From positions 4,653 to 68,652 of the forward strand of contig CALFAY010000008.1 in NCBI GenBank assembly GCA_937944855.1: 64,000 nucleotides of DNA. The letters are read 5' to 3'. The stretch is from an uncultured Planctomycetota bacterium (lineage in GTDB: Bacteria; Planctomycetota; Planctomycetia; Gemmatales; HRBIN36). Made by a program: the position numbers and the translations under genes. Positions 37,378-45,748 of the stretch are shown here, one piece after another. Under the pieces are notes generated by a model. That model worked only from the letters and a program-made list of their open reading frames with translations, was not told the origin of the DNA and ran no database searches. Positions within the stretch are counted from its first letter, which is position 1. Every line of letters starts with the position of its first letter.

Positions 37378-38829
37378 TCAATAACGAACTTCGAGGCCGA
37401 GGTTGACTCCCTGGGCCCAGAAGTCACTCCAGGAGTACCGCCGCTCGGGACGGCCCTGGCTACCGCCCCCGCCGTAGCTCGGACTGACGACCAGAGCATC
37501 GGAGTTGATGTGCCTGTCCACGAGATTCCCCGGCCGAACCACGTCGCTCCAGTACAGCAGGTCGTAGCCGACCGAAACCCGGCAGCAAGAGCAGATCAGA
37601 TAGCTGAGGCTGACGTTGACTTCCCCCACGAAGCTGAAGCGGGTTCGTTCCACGCTGTGAATGTTCGTCGGCTGGGCGAGCACGCCGCCGGGTTCGACGT
37701 CGCTGCTCAGGTTCAGGTGGGAGCGGTCCAGCCGGCTGACCCCTGCGACGTTGAGGTCGGCCACGGTACCGCCGATGGCCGCTTTCCCCGCTGCCCCCAG
37801 AATGAAAGAGCCGAATTGCCAGTTTCCCGCCACGCCGAGTTGCCCCCCATAGAAGCGGTTGGTGGCCGAGAAGCTGTCGTAGAGATTGATAACGGCGTTT
37901 TTGGGTACCGGAGCGCCGGCGAAGGTCGCTTGGCCGTTGTCGAGTTCCTTGGTTTGTTGAAACACCGTCAGGTCCTCGTCGAGGTTGACGTAGCGGAACC
38001 CAGCAAGGAAAAGGACCGGGGCCGTAAAGCCGTCGGCGAAACCGCGACGCAGGTTGGCCTCAGCTCCGCTGAAGCGGCTGTGAGAACGAATGCGAATCGA
38101 ACCGTCGTAGGCGCCGGGCGCGGAGATGAGCACGCTGCCTTCTCGACCCGTCACCGGATCGAAGAACGGCCGGGCCAAAAGCGGCGCGCCGTTGGCCGTC
38201 GAAGCTCGGTCGAAACGCTCTGTACTTTCCTCCGTGAAAAAGCCGCCGAGCTGCACAGACCAGATGCCGTCGCAATCGCACCAGAGACCGCCATCGAATC
38301 GCAAGCCCGAAAAGGCATCGTATTCAAAAGTTTTCAAGCCGAAGACAGGTTGCGTGTCCGCATTGCCCAGGACGCCGCCCCCGTTGCCCGGCCCGAGAAT
38401 CACCATCGGGATCGCCAGGGGCAGTCCGTTGGGAGTGTCGCCAGTGGTCACGAGCAGCACCGGCAGTGGGCCGTCCTTGACTTTCCACAACAGGTAGTCT
38501 GCACGAAACCAGAACCACGGAGCCGTCTTGACCGGATCCACAGGCTGATTGAACAACACCGGCCTGTTGAAAAACTCTTCCGTATTGGACCAGATAAACG
38601 AGTAAGGATGCTTCGTCGGCTTGAGCGTGTGAGGCGGGGCGACTTCGGAAAGAGGCTCGACAACCGGCTCGCCTGGCGGAACCAGGATCGGTTCGGCGGC
38701 AGCATTCGAGACCTTGCGGACGAACGGCAGTTCAAGCGGTATCGAAGAGCTTCCGCTACCGATGGACTGGGCCGAACTCACTGTCGCCACTATCAGCAGA
38801 GTTACGACGGTCAGCACCTTCTTGAGCAT
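37378..38829 (-). CDS. BBP7-type outer-membrane beta-barrel protein
   Basis: 483 aa. Signal peptide MLKKVLTVVTLLIVATVSSAQS. The WFRADYLLWKVKD opening is typical of the planctomycete BBP7 family. Alternating beta-strand pattern with a C-terminal aromatic residue (...GLEVRY). GGAGG lies upstream of the ATG. Confidence 0.8.
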   Translation of the reverse strand: MLKKVLTVVTLLIVATVSSAQSIGSGSSSIPLELPFVRKVSNAAAEPILVPPGEPVVEPLSEVAPPHTLKPTKHPYSFIWSNTEEFFNRPVLFNQPVDPVKTAPWFWFRADYLLWKVKDGPLPVLLVTTGDTPNGLPLAIPMVILGPGNGGGVLGNADTQPVFGLKTFEYDAFSGLRFDGGLWCDCDGIWSVQLGGFFTEESTERFDRASTANGAPLLARPFFDPVTGREGSVLISAPGAYDGSIRIRSHSRFSGAEANLRRGFADGFTAPVLFLAGFRYVNLDEDLTVFQQTKELDNGQATFAGAPVPKNAVINLYDSFSATNRFYGGQLGVAGNWQFGSFILGAAGKAAIGGTVADLNVAGVSRLDRSHLNLSSDVEPGGVLAQPTNIHSVERTRFSFVGEVNVSLSYLICSCCRVSVGYDLLYWSDVVRPGNLVDRHINSDALVVSPSYGGGGSQGRPERRYSWSDFWAQGVNLGLEVRY

Positions 38830-39055
38830 CGGCGACCTCCTCGCTTTCGGAGCGGCCCCGGTCTTTCAATCCGCATGACCGCATAGCACCCGGCACCCGA
38901 GGCGGACCCTGCGCAACGGAGCAACGATGCCGGTTATTCCGGTTATCGGCAAGAGTCAGCCCAGTTCATCACCGACAAGGATGAAAACGAGTCAAGACGA
39001 CTCGGCAGGACGGACGCACAGGACCTTGGGTTGGTATCTCCTTCGGCAGAGCGCC

Positions 39056-39991
39056 TCATTCCACGTCCATGACCCAGATTTCGTAGCTGCCCGAACGGTT
39101 GGAAACCCAAGCGATCTTTCGACCGTTGGGGGACCAAGTGGCGTGGTTGTCCTGGGCGGGGTGGTCGGTCAAGTTGCGGAGGCCGGAACCGTCCGGCTTC
39201 ATGATCCAGATGTCGTAGTTGCCGCTGCGGTTGGACGTGAAGGCGATGTACTTGCCGTTGGGCGACCAGACCGGCCAGTAGTCCATACTGGGATGGTGGG
39301 TCAGGCGGCGGATGTCGGACCCGTCGGCCTTCATAACGTAGAGTTCCCAGTTGCCGTGGCGGTGGCTCGCGAAAGCAATTTCCTTGCCGTCCGGAGACCA
39401 AGTGGGGTTCGTGTCGGCGGCGACCTCGCTGGTCAGCCGTTTGATCTCCTTTCCGCCGGTGTCCACGACGTAGATCTCTTGTTGTCCGTGGCGGGTGCTG
39501 ACGAAGGCGACGCGTTCTCCATCCGGCGACCACCGGGGACATTCCTCGAAGCCTTTATTCTCAACCAAAACTTTGTTGTCCGTGCCGTCAGCGTTGATCA
39601 TGTTGATTTGAAGTTTGCCGTCCGTGCCCTGCAAGACATCAAAAACGAAGACGATTTGCTTGCCATCGGGCGACCAGTAGCCGTCGAAGTCCGGAGCTTC
39701 GTCGTGCTTGAAAAGCCGACGCATCCCGCGGCTCTCCAGGTCGAGCAGCCAAAGCCCCATCTTCTTTTCGTGGATGCGGGTCAAGAGGATGGATCGGCCG
39801 TCGGGCGACCAGGCGAGTTTCTCCTTGAAAGAACCGTCGCTGGTCAAACGGCGAGGTCCGTCGGCTTCGTCTTGCCCGACGCCAGAGGCCCACGGGCACA
39901 AAAAGACCACAGCGACCAAGCCCAGACACATGGCCACAGTCGCCGGGGTCTTCCCAAGACACCCGCGGATGGATTGACACCAGGGTTGCAT
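39056..39991 (-). CDS. TolB-like PD40 beta-propeller protein
   Basis: 311 aa with repeated WSPDG/WSPNG PD40 units (WSPDGKQIVFVFD, WSPDGERVAFVSTRHG, WSPDGKEIAFASHRHG, WSPNGKYIAFTSNRSG, WSPNGRKIAWVSNRSG). Confidence 0.85.
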   Translation of the reverse strand: MQPWCQSIRGCLGKTPATVAMCLGLVAVVFLCPWASGVGQDEADGPRRLTSDGSFKEKLAWSPDGRSILLTRIHEKKMGLWLLDLESRGMRRLFKHDEAPDFDGYWSPDGKQIVFVFDVLQGTDGKLQINMINADGTDNKVLVENKGFEECPRWSPDGERVAFVSTRHGQQEIYVVDTGGKEIKRLTSEVAADTNPTWSPDGKEIAFASHRHGNWELYVMKADGSDIRRLTHHPSMDYWPVWSPNGKYIAFTSNRSGNYDIWIMKPDGSGLRNLTDHPAQDNHATWSPNGRKIAWVSNRSGSYEIWVMDVE

Positions 39992-40000
39992 GCCTTCGAT

Positions 40001-40987
40001 TCAATTACTGGCGGTCCGCAGCTTGGCACTGGGGGTCGCGTCGCCGGGTTCCAGTCCCATAGCCCAACGCAGCCCACCCATCAGGTGCTCCTGGAACCGC
40101 GGGTCTCGCCAGACCTCTCGCCGATGTCCGAACGAGGTGTAGAACGACCGCCCTTTGCCGATCTGCTGACACCACGAGATCGCATAGTCCCGATCCGGCC
40201 GCGCACCGCTGCGGGGCTGGAACGATTCCGGGTCAATGCTGAGGATGATATGCAGCCGTTCCCGGCTGTACGGCTCCGGACGGAAGATGTACATTTCGTC
40301 TTCGTACTCCTGGCCATCCTGGAAGCTGCGGGCCGCCGGGTGCTTGGGATCCTCGACGCGGACACGGATCTTCTGGTATCCTGGGGGGTGCGTCTGGAAG
40401 TAGGCCCCGATCAGTCGGCCGTAGGCGGGGACGTCGTAGAGCGTGTCCGCGCCGCAGTGCGTACCGGCCACCGCACCGCCAGCTTCAACCCAGGCAACCA
40501 GGCCTTCGACCTCTTCCTTTGTCATCGGAGCTTCCGCGCCGCTGCCCGTTGTGAAAAACAACACCAGATCGAAGTTCTTGAGCGTCTCCTTATTGATCCG
40601 GCCGATGTGTTCGCGGGTCACTTCTTCGCCCGGCTTGCCGCGTTCGCCGGTACGTTCCCGATACAGCTGGCTGTAACGGGCCAGGGCGGTCGTCTCGCGC
40701 TCTTCTTCCTTGCCTTCTACGCGGACCTTGTATTTGACCTTGCGATCCGGATCGCCGGTGAACCGCCAGCAGGTGACCTCCATGCCGTACTTCGGGCCGA
40801 TCTCCTTGAGCACCTGTTCGGCGACTCCGATTGAGTCGTGCATGAAGCCGCCGGAGTGCGTCACCAGGAGGACGCGCTTGAGCGGCTTCTGCTCCTGCTC
40901 GGCTGCCATGCAGCCGTCATGCACTGGATGGGAACTCAATGGCAGGAAACCGACGACCACGGTGAGCGTCAGTCGAAGATTTTTCAT
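40001..40987 (-). CDS. ThuA-domain protein
   Basis: 328 aa with a signal peptide. KRVLLVTHSGGFMHDSI ... VAGTHCGADT ... YAISWCQQIGKGRSFYTSFGH match the ThuA (class-I glutamine-amidotransferase-like) pattern. Confidence 0.85.
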   Translation of the reverse strand: MKNLRLTLTVVVGFLPLSSHPVHDGCMAAEQEQKPLKRVLLVTHSGGFMHDSIGVAEQVLKEIGPKYGMEVTCWRFTGDPDRKVKYKVRVEGKEEERETTALARYSQLYRERTGERGKPGEEVTREHIGRINKETLKNFDLVLFFTTGSGAEAPMTKEEVEGLVAWVEAGGAVAGTHCGADTLYDVPAYGRLIGAYFQTHPPGYQKIRVRVEDPKHPAARSFQDGQEYEDEMYIFRPEPYSRERLHIILSIDPESFQPRSGARPDRDYAISWCQQIGKGRSFYTSFGHRREVWRDPRFQEHLMGGLRWAMGLEPGDATPSAKLRTASN

Positions 40988-41030
40988 GGCATCTCCCAGG
41001 TCAGGTAAGGCGAACGGCGAGGCTCCGTTT

Positions 41031-41052
41031 CGTGAATCCTTCCTGATTCACG
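41031..41052. promoter_or_regulatory. Perfect 8-bp inverted repeat CGTGAATC-N6-GATTCACG upstream of the ThuA-like gene
   Basis: Read directly from the sequence. Centred about 54 nt upstream of ATG 40987 and about 100 nt downstream of the stop of the giant ORF. No flanking T-run on the transcribed strand, so an operator or RNA structure is more likely than a terminator. Confidence 0.35.
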
Positions 41053-41145
41053 ATCTCCTGCAATTGTAAAACCGCTCGGCGTGTCACGCAACAGTCGGGA
41101 TCGGGCACAGGTCCCTGTTGCATGATACAGTGCTTGGTGCGGGGG

Positions 41146-44100
41146 CTACGGATTGACCTGGATGTGGTCGGTTTCATCCAGGCGGACCTGGTTGAGGCTC
41201 CGCCAGTACCAGATGCGTTTGGCCCGGACGGGTTCACGGGGTCGTCCGGGAGCGACCTGCCGCGTCAGGGTCGCCAGGTTGCCGTTTTGCCCTTCAAGAA
41301 TCAGAAGATCCTTGCTTTCGACATACTTGACCACGTCGGCCTGACCGCTGAAGTCGCCGCTGCTGAGTCGGCCCTGGATGCGAACACGATCGGCAGCCTC
41401 GAACTCCTGGGCAACCGTGCCATCTTCCTGCCGCCGACTGACCGCCCGGAGCCGATTGCAACCCAGCCACAGTCCACCCACTGGCAGCCGATCGGGATGG
41501 AGGTCTGCATCTGGGTCGCTGCCAGGTCCGTGCATCAACTGAATCCGGTCGGTGAAAAGGACGACGCCAGACGCTCGATTGGCCTGCATGTGGCCGCCGA
41601 AGTGGATGCGGGTCAGCTTCGTCTCAGTAACTCGGGCGGCATTACCTCGGTCGGCTTGCGGAACGGAAGGTTGTTTGTTGCTCCGGTTGGTTTGGGGAGA
41701 GGCTTGCGGCTTAGCAAGCGCGCCGGCAAAACCGCCGGCGGAGCCTTCGTGCAGCATGGTCACGATGCCTGGCCCATAGACATTCAATTGCGAACTTGGA
41801 TTGTCGAAGAGCACCTCCCGTGCTTCGATCCGCTGGTATTGCTCCCAACGATCTCCAGAACGGACCCCTTTTTCGAGCCGGCAACCGCGGTCACACAGCA
41901 TTCGATGCAGTCCGGGCAGCGGTTCGCCGTCGCGCTGCCGCGGCTCCTTAAGCGAAACAGCGCGGTCGAGGACGACTTCGAGCTTCTGGCACGCCAGCCG
42001 ACCGCCGCCCAAGTCGCTTTCTCCCTGCTCAGCCTGCACGTTACCGTCGAATTCGGCGATCTTTCCGTCGAAAAACATACGCTCCGTCCAGAAGATGGTG
42101 ACCTCAACCGGCTCCTGAAGTGGATTGCCCTGGAAGTCGGTGCGGGCGGGCAGCTTCATGGAACCCGCTCCGTTGATCCAGGCATTGTTCGCCGGCTGGT
42201 CGATGTGGACCAGCGGTCCCAACAGGGTCAGGCGGTCGAATTGCACATAGGCCGGTTGACCCGCTACTTTAAGCACGTTGCCTTCGTCGCCGTGGAACAG
42301 ATCCAGGCGGTCGCCGCGGACCTCGACGCCGCCATCCTTGGGCGAAGTCGGCCGCCGCGTGACAACGACCTGCCCTTCCGTGCGTACCTCTTTCAGCTGA
42401 GCTGACCTGGCAGTGGAATTGACGACTTTGACGTCAACGGTATTGGCTCGTAGAACCAGCGGCTCCACACTGACGTCGTTCTCCGTGGGCAACACCCCCG
42501 GTCCTTTGCTGGATGCTCCGCCCGGCGTATTGCCTCCCGCTTTAGCCGTTCCGGGGGAGGCGGTAGGGGGCAGGCCTTTCCAGGAAGGCTCGGCGGCCAG
42601 CGTGGGGTCTGCCGACCTGGACGAACTGGAAGGAGGCGGAGCCTCTTCAACTTGGACGCGCAAGTAATTGGTACGAGTGATGCGCAGGTCGCGAGTTTCC
42701 AGAGAGACTTCACCGAGGGCGTCCATGCGTCGAGGTCGGCGGTTCGCTCCGCTCTTGGCAGCCGCTTGGGGCCTGACAGATTGCGGCTGGGATTCCAGCC
42801 AGACGAGAATCTGCTCCGCCTTGAGCCGACCGTATTCCGGGTCCTCGAACGAAGCTTTGCCAACAAAGTCCAGCCGGTCGAGTTCGCCTTCCCTGCTGAT
42901 TCGCATTTCCTTTTCCCAGCGAGCCACGCGGTCGTACCGGGGTTTGCTCGCCTGTTTGGCCTCCTCCTCGGGCTGAAAGGGTTCGAGATTGCGGATGCGG
43001 ATTTCGCCTCGGCCCTCGGCTCGGGCCTCCTGAATCTCCTTCCGCTCACCGGACGGATTGGTGAAAACCAAAACGCCATGCACCACCAGCTCATTGCCAT
43101 CGCGTTCCGCCTGCGCAGGATCGCCGATTAGGCGGGTTTCGTTGGTCATCTTGTCGTAGATCAGCTGGGTGCCGGTGGCCCGTAGCCGTTCCACGTCGGA
43201 GGAAAGTTCGAGAGGTTTGCCCTCTGCTTGCACCCGCAGCAGGTCCACGGCTGGTTCATCCCGGTGCGGCGATGCAGAGCCTGGATCGGTCTTACGCCGA
43301 TGGAGAAACAAGGACAGGCGGTCGCAGTCCATCTGGTCGTAGCGGGTCGTGGACGGCTTTCCATCTGGCCCCTGTGCGTCGGGTTCTACTTTGCGAATGA
43401 CCGATACCTTGTCGCTGAAATCGGCCCGGTCGCTTTCGACCTCATACACAAACGGACCCCGTGAAGTAACCACCAGCGGCGTCTTGTCCCGGCCCTTGGA
43501 AGCGGAATCGGTCCTGGCAGCCGATGACAGACCCGCGTCGGACGTCCCAGACGCATCGGGTCTTCCGAGGAAGGCGGAACGGGCATCAATAAGCAGATTC
43601 ATGCTGACGTCCCGATCCAACCGCACGTATTTGACCCCGGCAATAGGGGACTTGCGCGACGGATGCTCGGGAGGAGAGAGGGGCGGACGCGGTCCAGAAT
43701 CCTCGGGGCTTCCGCTCCTCTTCTTCAACCTGTCCGAGGATGCAGTGTTCGGGACGAGGACGACTTCCATACCCAAAGCAGTAACGCGGGCCTGCTCCGG
43801 CTCACCGTCCACGAGACGGACCTCGGCGTGCGTCCAGATGCGGTGCTCCTTGTCGCTGTAGGCCAGCCAATCGGTGTAGAGGCGGATGTCGTCGTCGGTC
43901 TGCGGAGTACGACGATTGTTGCGAAGTTCCACCTTCATCCCTTTGCCAATCAGCTTTCCGGCGACGGGTTTGCGGTTGAAGGCGTCGCGGCGGTCGGTGA
44001 TTGGCTTGTCGAACTCGATGTCGGCCTGTTCGCCGCGGACGGTGTTGATCTCAACCCCGGGCTGATCCGGTTTCGCTTTGCCGAAGATGGCTACGCTGAC

Positions 44101-44427
44101 CTTGTGCAGCCGCAACTGGCCGTTGTCGAGCAGTTGCCAGCGGTCTGCCGCCACCACGATCCCCTCCAGCCGCCATTCCAGCTTGATGCGGCGGAATTGC
44201 TCTTCGCAATTCGGCCCGAAGGCTTCGATCAGCCGAGCCACGGCCTGGTTGGGACGAGCCGTGGGCGCGACTGGGCCACCTTCGGCACCCTCTGGAGAGG
44301 GCATGTATTCCGGGGGCAGCGGCGGCAAGCCGTCGTAGTGGCCAAGAAAATAGCTGTAAATCTGGAAAAGCGTCAGGAAGAAAGCCAGGCCGACCAGCCA
44401 CAACACCAGCCGCCGGGGAGTCCACAT
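41146..44427 (-). CDS. Giant membrane-anchored multi-module envelope protein (possible concatenated LptC/LptA/OstA-like folds)
   Basis: 1,093 aa from ATG 44427 (GGAG 10 nt upstream), or 1,113 aa from TTG 44487, which overlaps the kdsD stop. Single N-terminal TM is LVLWLVGLAFFLTLFQIYSYFL. Beta-rich modules are separated by Pro/Ser/Ala-rich linkers. See findings. Confidence 0.8.
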   Translation of the reverse strand: MWTPRRLVLWLVGLAFFLTLFQIYSYFLGHYDGLPPLPPEYMPSPEGAEGGPVAPTARPNQAVARLIEAFGPNCEEQFRRIKLEWRLEGIVVAADRWQLLDNGQLRLHKVSVAIFGKAKPDQPGVEINTVRGEQADIEFDKPITDRRDAFNRKPVAGKLIGKGMKVELRNNRRTPQTDDDIRLYTDWLAYSDKEHRIWTHAEVRLVDGEPEQARVTALGMEVVLVPNTASSDRLKKRSGSPEDSGPRPPLSPPEHPSRKSPIAGVKYVRLDRDVSMNLLIDARSAFLGRPDASGTSDAGLSSAARTDSASKGRDKTPLVVTSRGPFVYEVESDRADFSDKVSVIRKVEPDAQGPDGKPSTTRYDQMDCDRLSLFLHRRKTDPGSASPHRDEPAVDLLRVQAEGKPLELSSDVERLRATGTQLIYDKMTNETRLIGDPAQAERDGNELVVHGVLVFTNPSGERKEIQEARAEGRGEIRIRNLEPFQPEEEAKQASKPRYDRVARWEKEMRISREGELDRLDFVGKASFEDPEYGRLKAEQILVWLESQPQSVRPQAAAKSGANRRPRRMDALGEVSLETRDLRITRTNYLRVQVEEAPPPSSSSRSADPTLAAEPSWKGLPPTASPGTAKAGGNTPGGASSKGPGVLPTENDVSVEPLVLRANTVDVKVVNSTARSAQLKEVRTEGQVVVTRRPTSPKDGGVEVRGDRLDLFHGDEGNVLKVAGQPAYVQFDRLTLLGPLVHIDQPANNAWINGAGSMKLPARTDFQGNPLQEPVEVTIFWTERMFFDGKIAEFDGNVQAEQGESDLGGGRLACQKLEVVLDRAVSLKEPRQRDGEPLPGLHRMLCDRGCRLEKGVRSGDRWEQYQRIEAREVLFDNPSSQLNVYGPGIVTMLHEGSAGGFAGALAKPQASPQTNRSNKQPSVPQADRGNAARVTETKLTRIHFGGHMQANRASGVVLFTDRIQLMHGPGSDPDADLHPDRLPVGGLWLGCNRLRAVSRRQEDGTVAQEFEAADRVRIQGRLSSGDFSGQADVVKYVESKDLLILEGQNGNLATLTRQVAPGRPREPVRAKRIWYWRSLNQVRLDETDHIQVNP

Positions 44428-44483
44428 GATGGCCAAGCTCCTCGTTCCGGGCGTCCGTACTCCGGGGCGAACCACGGCCGATC

Positions 44484-45515
44484 TCAAGCAGCAGCACGCG
44501 GTTCCTCAAGTTCTGCCCCATCCGGCAACAAGCCAAGCACATCGGTGATGTCGATTAACCCAATGGGTCGGTGGTCGTCGTCCACTACGGGAAGTTCGCT
44601 GATTTTGCGGGTCCGCAGGATGTCGAGTGCATCGAGCAGGCGGGAACCGGCCCGGATGGTCAAAGGCCGCTGGGTCATGACGCAGGAAATTGGCTCATCC
44701 AGGAGATGATCGCGCCGCTGCTCGAACAGCCGGGCCAGATCGCTGTCGGTGAACAGTCCGATCAGCCTTCCCTGTTCGTCCACGAGCATCACCGCTCCGG
44801 AGCGGCGCAGCCGCCCGACGGACTGAGCGAAGACTTCCCGGATGGACTTGGTGGCGGCAGCGATCCGCAGCTCGCTGCCGCGACGCATGACCGCCTCGAC
44901 CTTCATCAATTTGCGGCCGAGGCTCCCGGCGGGATGAAAGCGGGCGAAATCGTCGTGATTGAAGGCCCGCTGACGGCTGAGCACAAAGGCCAGGGCATCG
45001 CCGACAGCGATCATCGCTGTGGTGCTGGTGCTGGGGGCCAGACCAAGCGGATCGGCTTCGATCAGCGGTCCCAAAACAATGGCGATGTCCGCTTCCCGAG
45101 CCAGGGTGCCGCTGGGGTTGCTGGTCAAGGCAATCAATCCGGATGCCAGTTGGCGTAAAGGACGTAGAATGCGGACCACCTCCTCGCTCTCGCCGCTGTG
45201 CGAGAGGACCAGCACGACATCGTCGGGACCGACCATGCCTAAATCACCATGCACGGCCCGCGTGGGATCAAGCAAGTAAGCCCGGGTGCCGGTGGAATTG
45301 AAAGTCCCGGCGATTTTCTGGGCGACATCGGCCGATTTCCCAGTCCCGGTCAGACACACCCGCCCCGTGCAGCGGAAGATGGCATCCACCGCAGCCAGGA
45401 AGGAAGGACCGAGCCGGTCGGCAACTGCGTACAAGGCCGCGGCCTCGGTGCGGAGCACCTGACGGGCTTGCTCCAGACGGAGATCGACCTGACCCGCTTG
45501 GGCATGCGTCGTCAT
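44484..45515 (-). CDS. kdsD: Arabinose-5-phosphate isomerase (KdsD/KpsF family; SIS + CBS pair)
   Basis: 343 aa. SIS motifs GRVCLTGTGKSADVAQKIAGTFNSTG and VVLVLSHSGESEE. Two C-terminal CBS motifs (GAVMLVDEQGRLIGLFTDSDL; ISELPVVDDDHRPIGLIDITDV). Confidence 0.9.
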   Translation of the reverse strand: MTTHAQAGQVDLRLEQARQVLRTEAAALYAVADRLGPSFLAAVDAIFRCTGRVCLTGTGKSADVAQKIAGTFNSTGTRAYLLDPTRAVHGDLGMVGPDDVVLVLSHSGESEEVVRILRPLRQLASGLIALTSNPSGTLAREADIAIVLGPLIEADPLGLAPSTSTTAMIAVGDALAFVLSRQRAFNHDDFARFHPAGSLGRKLMKVEAVMRRGSELRIAAATKSIREVFAQSVGRLRRSGAVMLVDEQGRLIGLFTDSDLARLFEQRRDHLLDEPISCVMTQRPLTIRAGSRLLDALDILRTRKISELPVVDDDHRPIGLIDITDVLGLLPDGAELEEPRAAA

Positions 45516-45748
45516 CCTTGATACCCCAACATGCCGTCTTTAGACCGGATTGGGACCAATCCCTAAAGGGATCGGAGCAAGAAAACTATAGCGAAGTAAT
45601 GACTTGGCTCAACGGCAGTTGACACCCGAAAAGGCCCGGGCGCATCCTAAGGAACTTTCCCTGCTTCCCGAAGGACTAAGGTTTGGCAAGTCTCCAGGCA
45701 CGACCTATGTTTGCGTAGCGGTGGGGGGTGCTTGGGGAGGAACCCGTC

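Noticed and set aside
37375-42405. Forward ORFs 37375..38886 (503 aa), 38927..40834 (635 aa) and 41122..42405 (427 aa)
   Set aside because: They are antisense to the BBP7 barrel, TolB-like, ThuA and giant envelope genes, all of which have recognisable motifs or signals. The forward products are low-complexity.
45619-45624. Perfect TTGACA hexamer upstream of the WD40-zinc-ribbon gene as a promoter -35
   Set aside because: No acceptable -10 lies at 16-19 nt spacing (GCATCC / CATCCT), so it is left uncalled.
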